Below are positions 1 through 10,350 of a stretch of DNA of 35,350 bases, one piece after another (the stretch's first letter is position 1; each line of letters starts with the position of its first letter). Origin of the DNA: Psammoneis japonica (Eukaryota); contig QPGO01000110.1 in NCBI GenBank assembly GCA_008632985.1, positions 248,001 through 283,350 on the forward strand. Direction: 5' to 3'. The translations under genes were made by a program, and so were the position numbers. The notes beneath the pieces were generated by a model. That model was not told the origin of the DNA and did not search any database. It was given only the letters and a program-made list of their open reading frames with translations.

Positions 1-40
1 TGCATTGGGGCCTCTGACATGGCAGACTCCATGTGCTGAC

Positions 41-448
41 AATGTGTTCCAGCTCTCTAGCCAGGTGGGACCTTGCACTGCTGAACTGTGACATCAACAG
101 TTTTTTGGATCATGTCGCACGTTGCACACGCACATTTTTATGTGTGATGTTCTGCCAAATTGTTTCATGCTCCCTGTTTTGCAAAGCCAAAGGCTTTCTG
201 TTTTCAACATTTTTGAGAGAACAAAAATGCACTGGGTGCATTCTTTAATGTCTGTGAAACACACCCGGGCAAACTGTCAATGATGTGCTCCAAGTGTGAA
301 GGAGGAGATGCGTTCGTAACACTGCCTCTTTTTCTGTTGGCAGTCATCATTTGCATTTTCATTGCTTGACAAATTTGCTGCGGAGCTCGCACGTAGAGCT
401 CCATGGACCAAATGTCACACGGAGTCCCGCCTGAAGCTGGAACCTGTT
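41..448 (+). mobile_element. Degenerate ~400 bp MITE (family A, GACGCGTTCCAG-type termini)
   Basis: Ends AATGTGTTCCAG...CTGGAACCTGTT, flanked by a TGAC duplication (37-40, 449-452). Internal blocks (CATTCTTTAATGTCTG, TGCTGCGGAGCTCGCAC, ATGTCACACGGA) match the copies at 14563, 26479 and 29547. Confidence 0.75.
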
Positions 449-452
449 TGAC

Positions 453-2800
453 AAAGGCGGCCGGCTTGTCTGGTGCATTCTTGCCCACAGACACAACCTG
501 TTTTGCACTGCACGGCCGAATTGCCGTGACACCTCCTGAGCCAGAATTTTGTCACCATGACAAAACCACGGCTGCTGGTGACATGCTCTTTTGTTGTGGT
601 GACTGCTCAACAAGACGTTTGCTTTCCCTGACACCACTTGCACACTTGACAACAGAAACCAAGAGGTTTGCATCAAGCAAGTCACATTCCTTGTTGTGCA
701 CTTTCCACGGGCTCAGGAAGCATCAGTGCTGATGCTGTTTTTTTCTCTTCAGCTCCCATCATGGCACAACCCAACACATCTCACTTGAAGATGGTCATCT
801 CCATTGCCATCAACTGGAGCCTGCCACCACTGGCATGTCTGCCAGCTTTGGTGCTCCTCTTCCTGTGGGAGTGACAACAGACAAATCATCCACGCCCTCT
901 CCCAACCGCAAGCAAGATCCTCAGAGGAACCATCACAATGGTGTCTGACTTTGCCCTTGCATCTGCCATGTGAAAAAGAAGAATGCAAACAGAGTGTGAA
1001 GGACTTCATTGATGCTGCTGATCAAAAGAGATGTGTTGTCATCATTGCCTGTCTTGTGCCAACAACAGGAGGCCACGTGGAAGTGGCAATGTCAAGAGCA
1101 ACAACATGAGGGAGGTGTCCTGCATCCTGCTGTCACCTGTTTTGGAATTCTTGTTCACCACCTGAATCTTCCGGCATTCATTGATGGAAAAACATTGATT
1201 TGGGACAGACACCATGCAAGTCTGTGCTGCTCTTGATCGCTTGCTGTGCAGCGAGAAAACTGATTCAAGCGGTGGCCTTTTGATGACATGGTCAGCTCCA
1301 ACTGGTTTTGCATTTGAGCACTTGGGTCTCTTTTTGGACAATGCCCTGAGAATCGACTGTGGAAGGCAGTTGACCCAAACAGCATTTTGTTTGCCAATGA
1401 GCCACACCAGTGTTGCATGACATTGGCAGTTGTGCTGTTGTAAGATTGCACACTGAAGCTGCTCCAGTCAGCTGCAAACACTCTGTCAATGACAACGGCG
1501 GGGACCCAAGACAACCGACATCATGTTCCAGCTCTGTGACAGAGCAGCCCCAATCAAACACTGCTGAAATCAACTCTTGATTCTTGTTGCCAAACTCTTC
1601 CAGATGAGAAGCCCTGTCATGTGACCCCCAACAAAGCAAAGGACAACCACAATCTCAATTTGGATCATGACAAATGTCACCGCAACAATTTCCAAGCTTC
1701 ATCTCATGCTGCTGCATTGTCAACCAGGCATTCAAACAATGTGGAATGGGAGTTTTTTGCCACCTCCATCAGTTGCGACAGATTCAACAATGCACGCTGA
1801 AACTTCAAATGGGGGCTGAGGCAACACAAACCCCGAGACAATGGTTTGAAGACTCTGCCTCCTTTTTGCAACTTTGTCTCTTGCTGCAAGTTTTCTGACT
1901 TTCTCACGAGCTTCCTTCTCTGCTTCACCAGCTTCCTCGACTGCTGCAAAATTTTCCTTGACTTTCTCATGAACTTCCTTTTCTGCTTCCAGCATTTCTT
2001 GAGAGCTGCAACATGCGCTCTCATTTTCAAGCATCAGCGGGAGACTTCTCGTCTTGTTGGGGATGTTGCTGGAAGGAGGTGACTCCTCATCAACATGTTT
2101 GCATTGCCTTGAGACTGCCTTTGACACATTTTGCTCATGTCCAGAGTGACTTCTGTGGCAGAAAGTGAGTGAAACAGTGCAGGAGTGTGTTGTGACAAAT
2201 CAGCAAAAACAAAAGAAAGAGCGCAAGACTCCAGGAATGGTTGAAGCATCTGGTTGCCAGCATTGATGTTCCACCAGATTCCATCCTGTGGACGATGAAA
2301 ACAACAACACCCTTGACACATTGGCGTCCATGCATGTGACGTTGTTTCAGCAACAAAGTGCGACAGTTGATGGTGGCACATGTCCGGTCACACAGGTGGC
2401 TCAGAGTTTGTGAAAAAAAGGAAGAGGAAAAGGAGGAGGGGAGAGAAAGGGTGCAGGTTCAGAGTGTGCGCACGATGGCCAGACTGATGGTGATGACTGA
2501 AAATTTTCAAATTTTTTGTGCGATGACTCGTTTGCATTTTTGGAATGTTGTTGCAGCTGCATTGATGTCAACAGTGACCAACATCAACAGCAGAAGCTCT
2601 CATGTCTCCAACAAGGTGTCAACTGTGCCAACTGATCCTCGAGTTGGAGAGAATGTGAAACAGTGTTTTTCTTGCTTTTGCCGCACTTTGCCATGTAAAA
2701 ATCAGCAGAGTGCAAACAATGCACACCTTCTTTGCCGTGAAACTGAGGTTGCATTTTGAAGCACAACAAGCTCTGCATTTTTGTCCTTTCAATTTGTCTG
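453..2800. repeat. TpA-depleted degenerate block, probably TE-derived, with coding remnants on the minus strand
   Basis: About 7 TpA in the first 2.8 kb (count by eye). Many overlapping Cys/His-rich, Tyr-free ORFs and no recognisable intact domain. Confidence 0.5.
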
Positions 2801-3397
2801 TTCTGTGATCAGAGTTCCGCCAAATTCTGTTAATTACCCCACTTATTGAAACGACATCGCCAAAGTTCAGGTTGGTTATAAATGACATTCATCATTTTAT
2901 AACTTGATTAAACAATGTTTCTGTCCCGTTTATCGCCAACCCGGACATTTTGAAGCAATTCGCGTCTTTTCGCGACAAATCATCAATTCATTTAAGAAAA
3001 TGTCGCCAAATGCGACAAAATGCCGTGTGTCCCTGCGTGCGACATGTCGGGCGAGATGTTGAAGATGTCGCATGTTTCTCATGATCGACATTCTCTGCGC
3101 ATTTCGGCCTGACACGGGTGTCGAGTGTGATGTTGATTGTTCTTTATGGGGCCTGCACCGCATTAGCTGCTGGCTACTAGCTAGAACTAGCTAGATCGCA
3201 AGAGTTGAGTGGCTGGTAGAAAGTAGATAGAGACTTACCGGTATTTTCGTCCACTGAGGTAAGTCCAGCTTTCTAGACGTATTCGTTATGATGACATCAC
3301 CCCGAAAGCTGAAAGCGGGACCAGGCCCACGTTCTCACAACTCAACTCACAGCCGCGTATCATAACGCAGCAACAATAGGTAGAAGAATACCACCAT

Positions 3398-4033
3398 ATG
3401 AAGCACGTTTCGGCTTTGTCGTTTTGGTTTGTGGTTCTCGCCATTTGGCGTGTTTCGACAACGACAGCACAGAGCTGTGCAGGCGCAGGTGAAGAAGCCA
3501 AAAGTTGTGGGGGTAGAGGGCCCATCCCCAAAAAGTGCTGTGGGGACCTTGTTTGCAGCTCTGGTTTGTGCCAAGAAGGAGGCGGGGGCGGAGGTGGTGG
3601 AGGAGGAGGCACCGGAGAAACCTGTCCTACCACACTCAAGACATCCTGCATTGCCTTTGCCAAGGCCGGTGGAAGGTGCCAGTCGCTTCATTTCATCGTT
3701 CGCGTCGTGGACGAGCACGACAATCCTGTGGTCGGGGCCGAAGTTACCGCTACGCCGGAATCTCCGGATAGCGGTATCGAGCCGCCCTTTACGGGGACTA
3801 CGTCTGCTTCCACCTTCAAGGGATACAAAACGGCTGTCAAGGAACAGTGTGGCGATGGATCGGACGATGAGTTGGTATATGTAGGCGGCACTCCCGCCAG
3901 ATGCTGGCAGCAGACAGAGATCGGTACCTACAAAGCCACGGTTACGCGCATCACCTGGGATCGATGTCCCGATGCAAGCTTTGATCCCACCGACAATTTC
4001 AAGGAATACTATTACAATGGCCAATGCGATTGA
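3398..4033 (+). CDS. Secreted Cys-rich protein, 211 aa, function unknown
   Basis: Hydrophobic N-terminal signal, small 6-Cys module (SCAG...SCG...KCCGDLVCSSGLC), poly-Gly linker, then a beta-rich segment (VRVVDEHDNPVVGAEVTAT). Normal Tyr and TpA content. Confidence 0.75.
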   Translation: MKHVSALSFWFVVLAIWRVSTTTAQSCAGAGEEAKSCGGRGPIPKKCCGDLVCSSGLCQEGGGGGGGGGGGTGETCPTTLKTSCIAFAKAGGRCQSLHFIVRVVDEHDNPVVGAEVTATPESPDSGIEPPFTGTTSASTFKGYKTAVKEQCGDGSDDELVYVGGTPARCWQQTEIGTYKATVTRITWDRCPDASFDPTDNFKEYYYNGQCD

Positions 4034-4289
4034 CTGCAACTGGTAAGGGATCACGTAGGTGGATAGTGGCATGTTCTAAGACGATGGATGTGATGTTGGT
4101 CGATGCATTTTACTCGTTGAGTAGAAAACTATACTACGCAAGTCTACTGCTAGCTAGACTAGCTCCTCTGTGCACTCTGTGGCTGTGCATTGATGTTTTT
4201 TTTTTTTGCAGTGTATTATGATGCATAACTGTTTCGTTGAGCAATTTCCACACGACCAACATGGTCAAGTTCATAGGAAGCCAGTCGAA

Positions 4290-5470
4290 GATCCAAAGCT
4301 TGCGGTTAAGCTCGTGTTTGCAGGGGGTGCGACTCCTTCGATATGATCATACCGATGGATTGTTCTGCCGCTACTGATGGCACGGATGCCCACTAGAGCT
4401 CCAGAGCAGTGCGAGATCCCTTTTTCATCTGGTGAGGGAACAGACGCTTCCTATTCAGCTTATAAATCAGGTTGGATGCAGCAGCTCTAAAATGAAAGCA
4501 AACAGGGTTCTTTTCCAACACCGTGTCGTGTTGGGACGAGAATCGCGCAAAGAATGTTTCCGTGAGGACACCTATACAGCTCTTTGCCCACATTACCATG
4601 CAACCGAATGGAAAGAGTCTACACGTATTCAAAAAGGGGGTTGGCAATGGTGTGATAGGTCGTCTGTCGACGGCATTGACTGGGCGTGGACAAGCTCGCT
4701 GCAAGTTTCATAGCTTTCGACACCACTTCCATTGCTTTGGTTGATAAACCGGGAGCACTAGTTAGCATTTTGGAAGCGGTGGGTCAATAGATTACTTTGA
4801 TCCTGAAATAGTGACGCTGTACCGAGAATCCGTGAGTAGATCATGCTCTCTTCTTGAGAATGATAATCTGCATTCAACTCCTGCCGGAACGACTGTCAAC
4901 AACGACTTTGCGACCTCGGATCTTGGGCAGTTGGGATCACCTTTCGAACTGCTAGATATTAGAGAATCTGAACAATCGATTCGCAATGAGGCAGTTTCTG
5001 CTTTTGTCGCCGAGTTGCAAGATGAAGGAGTCTGGAATCGAACCGCAATAATTCAGACACTCGATTTCGCTCGCACCTTGAATCCCAATTCCCGAGGAGG
5101 ACCTCGCCGAGCTGCAAGATGCAGGAGACTGGAATCAAACAACATTAGTTCAGGCACGCGTTTTCGCCCGCACCTTGATTCCCAAAAGTCGCGACGAGGA
5201 CCTCTGGGGCGTCAATTATTTCATGTTTGCGGAGGAGCTGTGAAGCGTGGAAAGATTTTGGGTGAATATCCGGAAGATCTCACTGATGCGGGTCCGCTAA
5301 ACTTGGGACGAGGAATAGTGCTGCCCATGACGAGCTGGATTCAAGTGATTCTAGATATCGCTGAGTGCGGTGCGGTGTGGCGTGGAGGACGAAGCCATTT
5401 TTCCGACAACTTTAGCAAGGATGGCTTGTATGAAGAGGTTGCATTGATCCAATGCTTCTATCCGGAATAG
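4290..5470 (+). pseudogene. DUF1501-family pseudogene (frameshifted)
   Basis: Motifs GGCDSFDMIIP, QLFAHITMQ, GVIGRL, AFVAELQDEGVWN..IIQTLDFARTLNPN and GGAVKRGKILGEYPEDLTDAGPLNLGRG lie in different frames with stops. Contains an internal ~98 bp tandem duplication. Confidence 0.75.
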
Positions 5471-5593
5471 CATTCACTTTTTTAATCTTTTGTGCAGTCT
5501 CTATCTTTTATCGCGTCTGCCCCACGAAGATCGGCATTGAATAGCGTAGATATTATGTAACTCATAATCCAACGTCTCGCCATCTCGGTTGTT

Positions 5594-7397
5594 CTAATTA
5601 TCTTCTTTCTCCCACGCATCCGCCACTACATCCCATAACGTTCGGCACAACAACAGCTGCTTTTCGTCAAAGTCACGAGGGAGCTTGTCGGGATGAAGAA
5701 AGAATTTGAGCTTCCGTACGGCTGCAAAACAGGCTTAAGATGAGAACTGTGGTGCAACGCGGTTGAACATTTTTAACGATAGAGAATGAAACTCACCTCG
5801 TTTGAGGACCGCTGGATTACTAGACGACAACGCATCTGAGGAATATGCTTTGTGTTTGCCAAAGTATTCATGGGATTCAATCCCATAGGCTGGCGGAAAG
5901 GTTGTGTGAATCGACGCCAAGAGCTCTTGAATCGGCCTTAGTTGTTGAAACGCCGGTGGTTGTAGAGCCCACGTGGTTAAAATCTGCTTTTTCACATCCG
6001 GCTGCTCCACGTTTGCTTCCTTGGAGGCGTTTTCAGATTTCAATAAATTTCCAGCATGAGCAACGGACGGCTGCTGTGTCTGAGACGACGAAGGACGTTG
6101 TTGGCGATTTTGAGAAGGATACATTGGCGGCGGACTGGTTGACGAAGAATGCTGCGCATAATGTTGTGGTGTTGTAAATGGTGAAGGCTTCGGTCGAGTG
6201 CTGTGCATGGCTCGAATTAAGTCAACATTGATCCATGGTGTAACGGTCCTGGTAATGGGGTTCCACTGTGGGCGTTCTTGTGCCATGGTTGCCTGCAAGG
6301 CGTTCAAGAAGCCGTTCAAGTCGTTGGTAGGGGTTGAGAGACGCGGTCCATTTGCACCAAAGAGCAAATTGCAAAACTCGCTGACTTCTTCTAGGGTCAA
6401 TGCGCGTTCGTCAAGTGTATCCAAGAGAGGAATGGTGAATCCCATTTCTCGCATACGATGAAGCGGGAGTCCATACGTGAGCCACGGATTGCGAAGATAC
6501 ACCTCAACGCCTTCACCAAAGAAATCATCTAGTACATCGTAGCCGAGATTCAAATTGGCATCGAGTGAATTGTAAAAGTCAAAAACAGACTCGTCATCTG
6601 TACAGAGTCGTACTACAATCCATACGGGCAAGGTTTGAAATTGCTGCAAGCTCTGCACAAATTCTTGAATGACCCGAGGGCCACTCTGCCCCTGGTTGTC
6701 GGTGGGCAAGCCCTGTGTAGCCAAGACAATGGTTGCTCGTTGTCGGTTCTGTTGTAATTGCGGGGCTATGGATGATAGATAACGATGAATCTTTTGAAGA
6801 TGCAACGATAGAGGGTTGGGTCCAGCCGGTTGGAGCGTTGTCATGGTTTGCTTCAAGACTTGCATTTCACTTGCAATGTTGTTGTTAGCTTCGCCTACAC
6901 CAAAAACAGGAGGGCCACCATTAATTGGAGGATTCACCAAGGCAAATCGTGTAGGTAGCGGTAGTACCGAAGCAGCTTGAGCATGATAGGCAACACAATC
7001 TTGCAGCTCCCGCCATCGAGTCGCTGGAGCTTGAGACGGCTCCAAGTGAAGAAAATCCTTTCCAGTGATCAAGTGTGCATCTTGAGCAAGCATAAATTGA
7101 CTATTGTCCAGAATCCATATTCTTAGGGGTGTCGAATCTGCATGATTTCCCAATACATGAATTAACCCTGCATGATAATAGGTCGGTTATTAGTCTTCTC
7201 GAATCGTGTATAAGAATGCAATAAGGGCGAGATCATCAGAGAGTTGTCTTTCGAGTCAATTTACCTGTTGGAAAGCCTTGTTGTCACAAGTATTGGACTT
7301 GATTTTCATTAAGAGCTGAAAAAGTAGTAGAACTATGGGCATTGGGTTGTTGTTGGTTTGCTGCGGCCAGCGGATCAAAGGCGTTTAGATTCGCCAT
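5594..7397 (-). CDS. vWA-like domain protein with C-terminal HPD-containing (DnaJ-like) helical region; 3 exons (7397-7265, 7167-5797, 5721-5594); in-frame TGA in exon 1, so possibly a pseudogene or null allele
   Basis: GT-AG introns 7264-7168 and 5796-5722 join the frames. Motifs IWILDNS, IVLATQGLPTD, WIVVRLCTDD, DVLDDFFGE and LKFFLHPDKLP. TGA at 7284-7286 in QYL*QQGFPTG. Confidence 0.75.
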
Positions 7398-7574
7398 GGC
7401 CGCTTCTCTTTTTGTGTGCGATGTGCGATGCGATAGATGCGTGCGATGCGAAAGGCGCGAGCTCGTGCGTTTTCGCGAGCTCCGAAACACACAGACGACC
7501 GAAGTAGGTACGTGTTCGGTAACTTCGAGCAAAACAAACAGACACAAAGACAACTCGCACAGCACCACTCTCAT

Positions 7575-7850
7575 TGACAGGATTTGAACAGGATTTAGGT
7601 GCGCGCGAAGCATCGCGCGCTGTTTAGTTTACCGTGCACAGTTTTGTGTGCTTTAGTTCCGCGCGTTCACGCGCGATGTAGTTTGCTTTCGAGCCACAAG
7701 GCTCACAAGAATAATAACAGTAGCCCGATTATACCGACTCACACGTCTTTCGGCTCCTGTAACGGTCTCTGAGCGGAGACTCATCTGCTATTTAGACAGC
7801 AGTAAGGAGTTATTGTTTGAATTCTTGCCATTTGCCTTCATTTTCTGTCA
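7575..7850 (+). repeat. 5' LTR (276 bp)
   Basis: TGACAG...CTGTCA; direct repeat of 13911-14186 with 10 substitutions. Confidence 0.97.
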
Positions 7851-7861
7851 GATTAACAGTC
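7851..7861 (+). promoter_or_regulatory. Putative primer-binding site complementary to a tRNA-Asn(GTT) anticodon arm
   Basis: GATTAACAGTC directly follows the LTR. Its reverse complement GACTGTTAATC has the form of tRNA positions 30-40 with a GTT anticodon. Confidence 0.5.
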
Positions 7862-8793
7862 TTGCTCATTGTCAACCCATTGAGCAACCGCCATCGTCGT
7901 CGTTGATTTACCAACGACGGTATTTTTAATTCTACGTGGACCTCCGTATATATTCTACATACATCGGCAAGTCTACGCGCATTCAATACCAGGGCATCGG
8001 CAGGAAGTTAACGTCACCGTCAAGTCTCCTTACCGCTGGATATCTGGATTGATTATACTACCTTTGATCGCTGAAGACATACATTCAACGGTCATATCCA
8101 AGTCTATCCTTGATCCTCATCCCTTGATATACCTATTCATCGGTTAACGGTCAAGAACCCTACATATTCAAGGATCTTCGTCGCTGAAGACATATATATA
8201 TATACACATCTTCACGGCCAAGAACCTGTACCCACTCTTTGGACTGCGGTTTTGCTGCCACTCTACAAGCACACCGAGTCCATTGTACCTGATCTACCCC
8301 GGACTGCTGGTGCTCTGCAGTTCCACTAGGTCCACGAGGACGACTGTGAGAGCAAGCAGCCGTGATTGCAGCCTGCGTTGGGGCGAGGGTGCTTTCCCGC
8401 GTTTGTTCGTTCGTCCACAGTGCCTGACGCCTGCGTCAACTGGCCAGCCTGATCGGGAAATCCAACCGACATAAAATGAGAACGGTTCGGGGGTCTTGTC
8501 CACCTCTGGTCAGCTCACCTGCAGGGGTTTACAACCCGCTGCTCCGCTCGCAAGCAACCCAAAGCGCCGCTGGCTGCGGGTTCGGACGTGCCGGCACAAC
8601 TCTACGGACCGGATGGGAAGTTTAGCACTCAACAACGAACGGGATGACAAAGCCCGGCGACTTCTGATTTTAAGACAGTTCAAGATTTCAAGTCAAGTCC
8701 ATTTCAAGTCAAGTCCATTCTCACCCAAGTTTCGAGTCTGCCTTCGCTTCCCAACCAGAATTGATTGTCCTGACACCATTTTTTTTGTCTGCC

Positions 8794-10350
8794 ATGGTTC
8801 TCACTCGTCAGCAACAAACCGATGGTTTCGAGCACGTGGTTGGAACCGTGCTTGCCCAAGGTGCTGGGAGTCCTCTTCGTTTGGCTTTGGCCCAAGACGG
8901 CACGGACTCATGTCAGGAACTGTTCACGTTCATGCCGTCCCAAATCGACTCGCTTGAGTGCGACAACGGCACCAATGCAATCCCTTTGCCCCATGGTTAT
9001 AAGAACATGTCAGCAGCACCAGTCAGTCTGTACATTGTTAAAGCACACAAAGGTCTTGACGTTGCCAACGACTCCTCTTTGTTCATGCATGACGAGTTCC
9101 TTGCCTGCCGCCTCAGCCCCGACTGCATGTCTTCTGTGTCCATCGGCAGCTCACCCCTTGCACCTCCACATGTCACCAACCCGACCAAGGCACGCGACCC
9201 GGTGCGGGACTTCAAGCGAGGCATCAAGCGTGATCCCACCGCTTTCACGGCTCTCAAATCCGACAAGCAGTGGCACACTTGGCACACCTCACTTGTGGCA
9301 CAAGCCCGTGCCCAAGACGTCGAGTGCATTCTAGACTCGTCGTACAAACCGACCAGCCCCGAAGACAAACTGCTCTTTGCTGAACAGCAAAAGCACATGT
9401 TCGCCGTCTTCGAACGCATCCTTCTCACCGACAAGGGCAAGGCTCTCATTCGTGAAAATGTGGGGTCTTCTGACGCACAGACCGTCTGCCGCTCCTTGTC
9501 TGAGCACGCGCTTGCCTCCACCCGCGCATCCATCGAGTCCTCCACCCTGCTCACGCACCTCACCACCGCACGTCTTGGTGATGGCACTTGGAAAGGTCCG
9601 ACCCACGGGTTCATCCTTCATTGGCAAGATCAGTTGCGCAAGTGCGAGGCACTCATCCCGGCCAGTGACCACTTCTCTGAAGGACAGAAGCGCGTCATGC
9701 TCGAGAATGCCGTGCACCCTGTCGAGGAACACCGTGCTGTCAAGAACCAAGCTGATCAGCATCGTACGCAGAGTGGCAAGAGCCTCACATACGATCAACA
9801 CTGTGGCTTGCTCCTCTCCGCGGCAGCTCAGTGCGACAGCACGTTTCAACCCAAGACGACACCTCGAGCTCCCCGACGCGCCATGTGCGCACACGACGTC
9901 CACTCCGAGGAACCATCCGACGATGTGTTCTGCGACATTGACAGCGACGTTGACGTCCTTCAAGCCAATGCTGCCTGCACCCGTGGTCCCAGCCTCACCG
10001 GTGTCCAATGGAGACGTCTCCCTCCCGACCACCAATGGCTCTGGGATTCGTTGCCCGATTCCTCCAAGGCGATCATCCTTGAGCATTCCCGTCCACCTCC
10101 CCGCAACCCGCGAGCCAGCAACTGCCATGAGTCTGTTACGGCCAACCTTCACGACCAACACCTTGGGAGTGACGGTGATGTCAACTTGTCCAACACGACT
10201 CCTGCTGACTCTGGTGACTCCGCCCCACATGTGGACGCCACTTCGGATGGTCCCATCCTGGCGCACCTCACCAAGCGCAAGCCACTGCCACCCGGTGATC
10301 CGCAACGTCTGTTGTCTCCTGACCAAGCCCCCAATGCGACCTTGCACTGA
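8794..10350 (+). pseudogene. gag: Copia gag (mutated; truncated before the protease)
   Basis: CoDi-type gag motifs FKRGIKRDP..F..LK.DKQW..W, ARAQDVE.ILD, LF.EQQK.MFAVF, ILHWQDQLR, MLENAV. Tyr almost entirely replaced by Cys or His. Confidence 0.85.

Noticed and set aside
3347..4072. 241 aa antisense ORF over the secreted protein
   Set aside because: Shadow ORF. The plus-strand frame has the signal peptide and coherent domain structure.
9377..10333. N-terminal 319 aa of the 1528 aa ORF
   Set aside because: Alternate frame over gag, open because stop codons were erased. Pol homology starts at about 10334.
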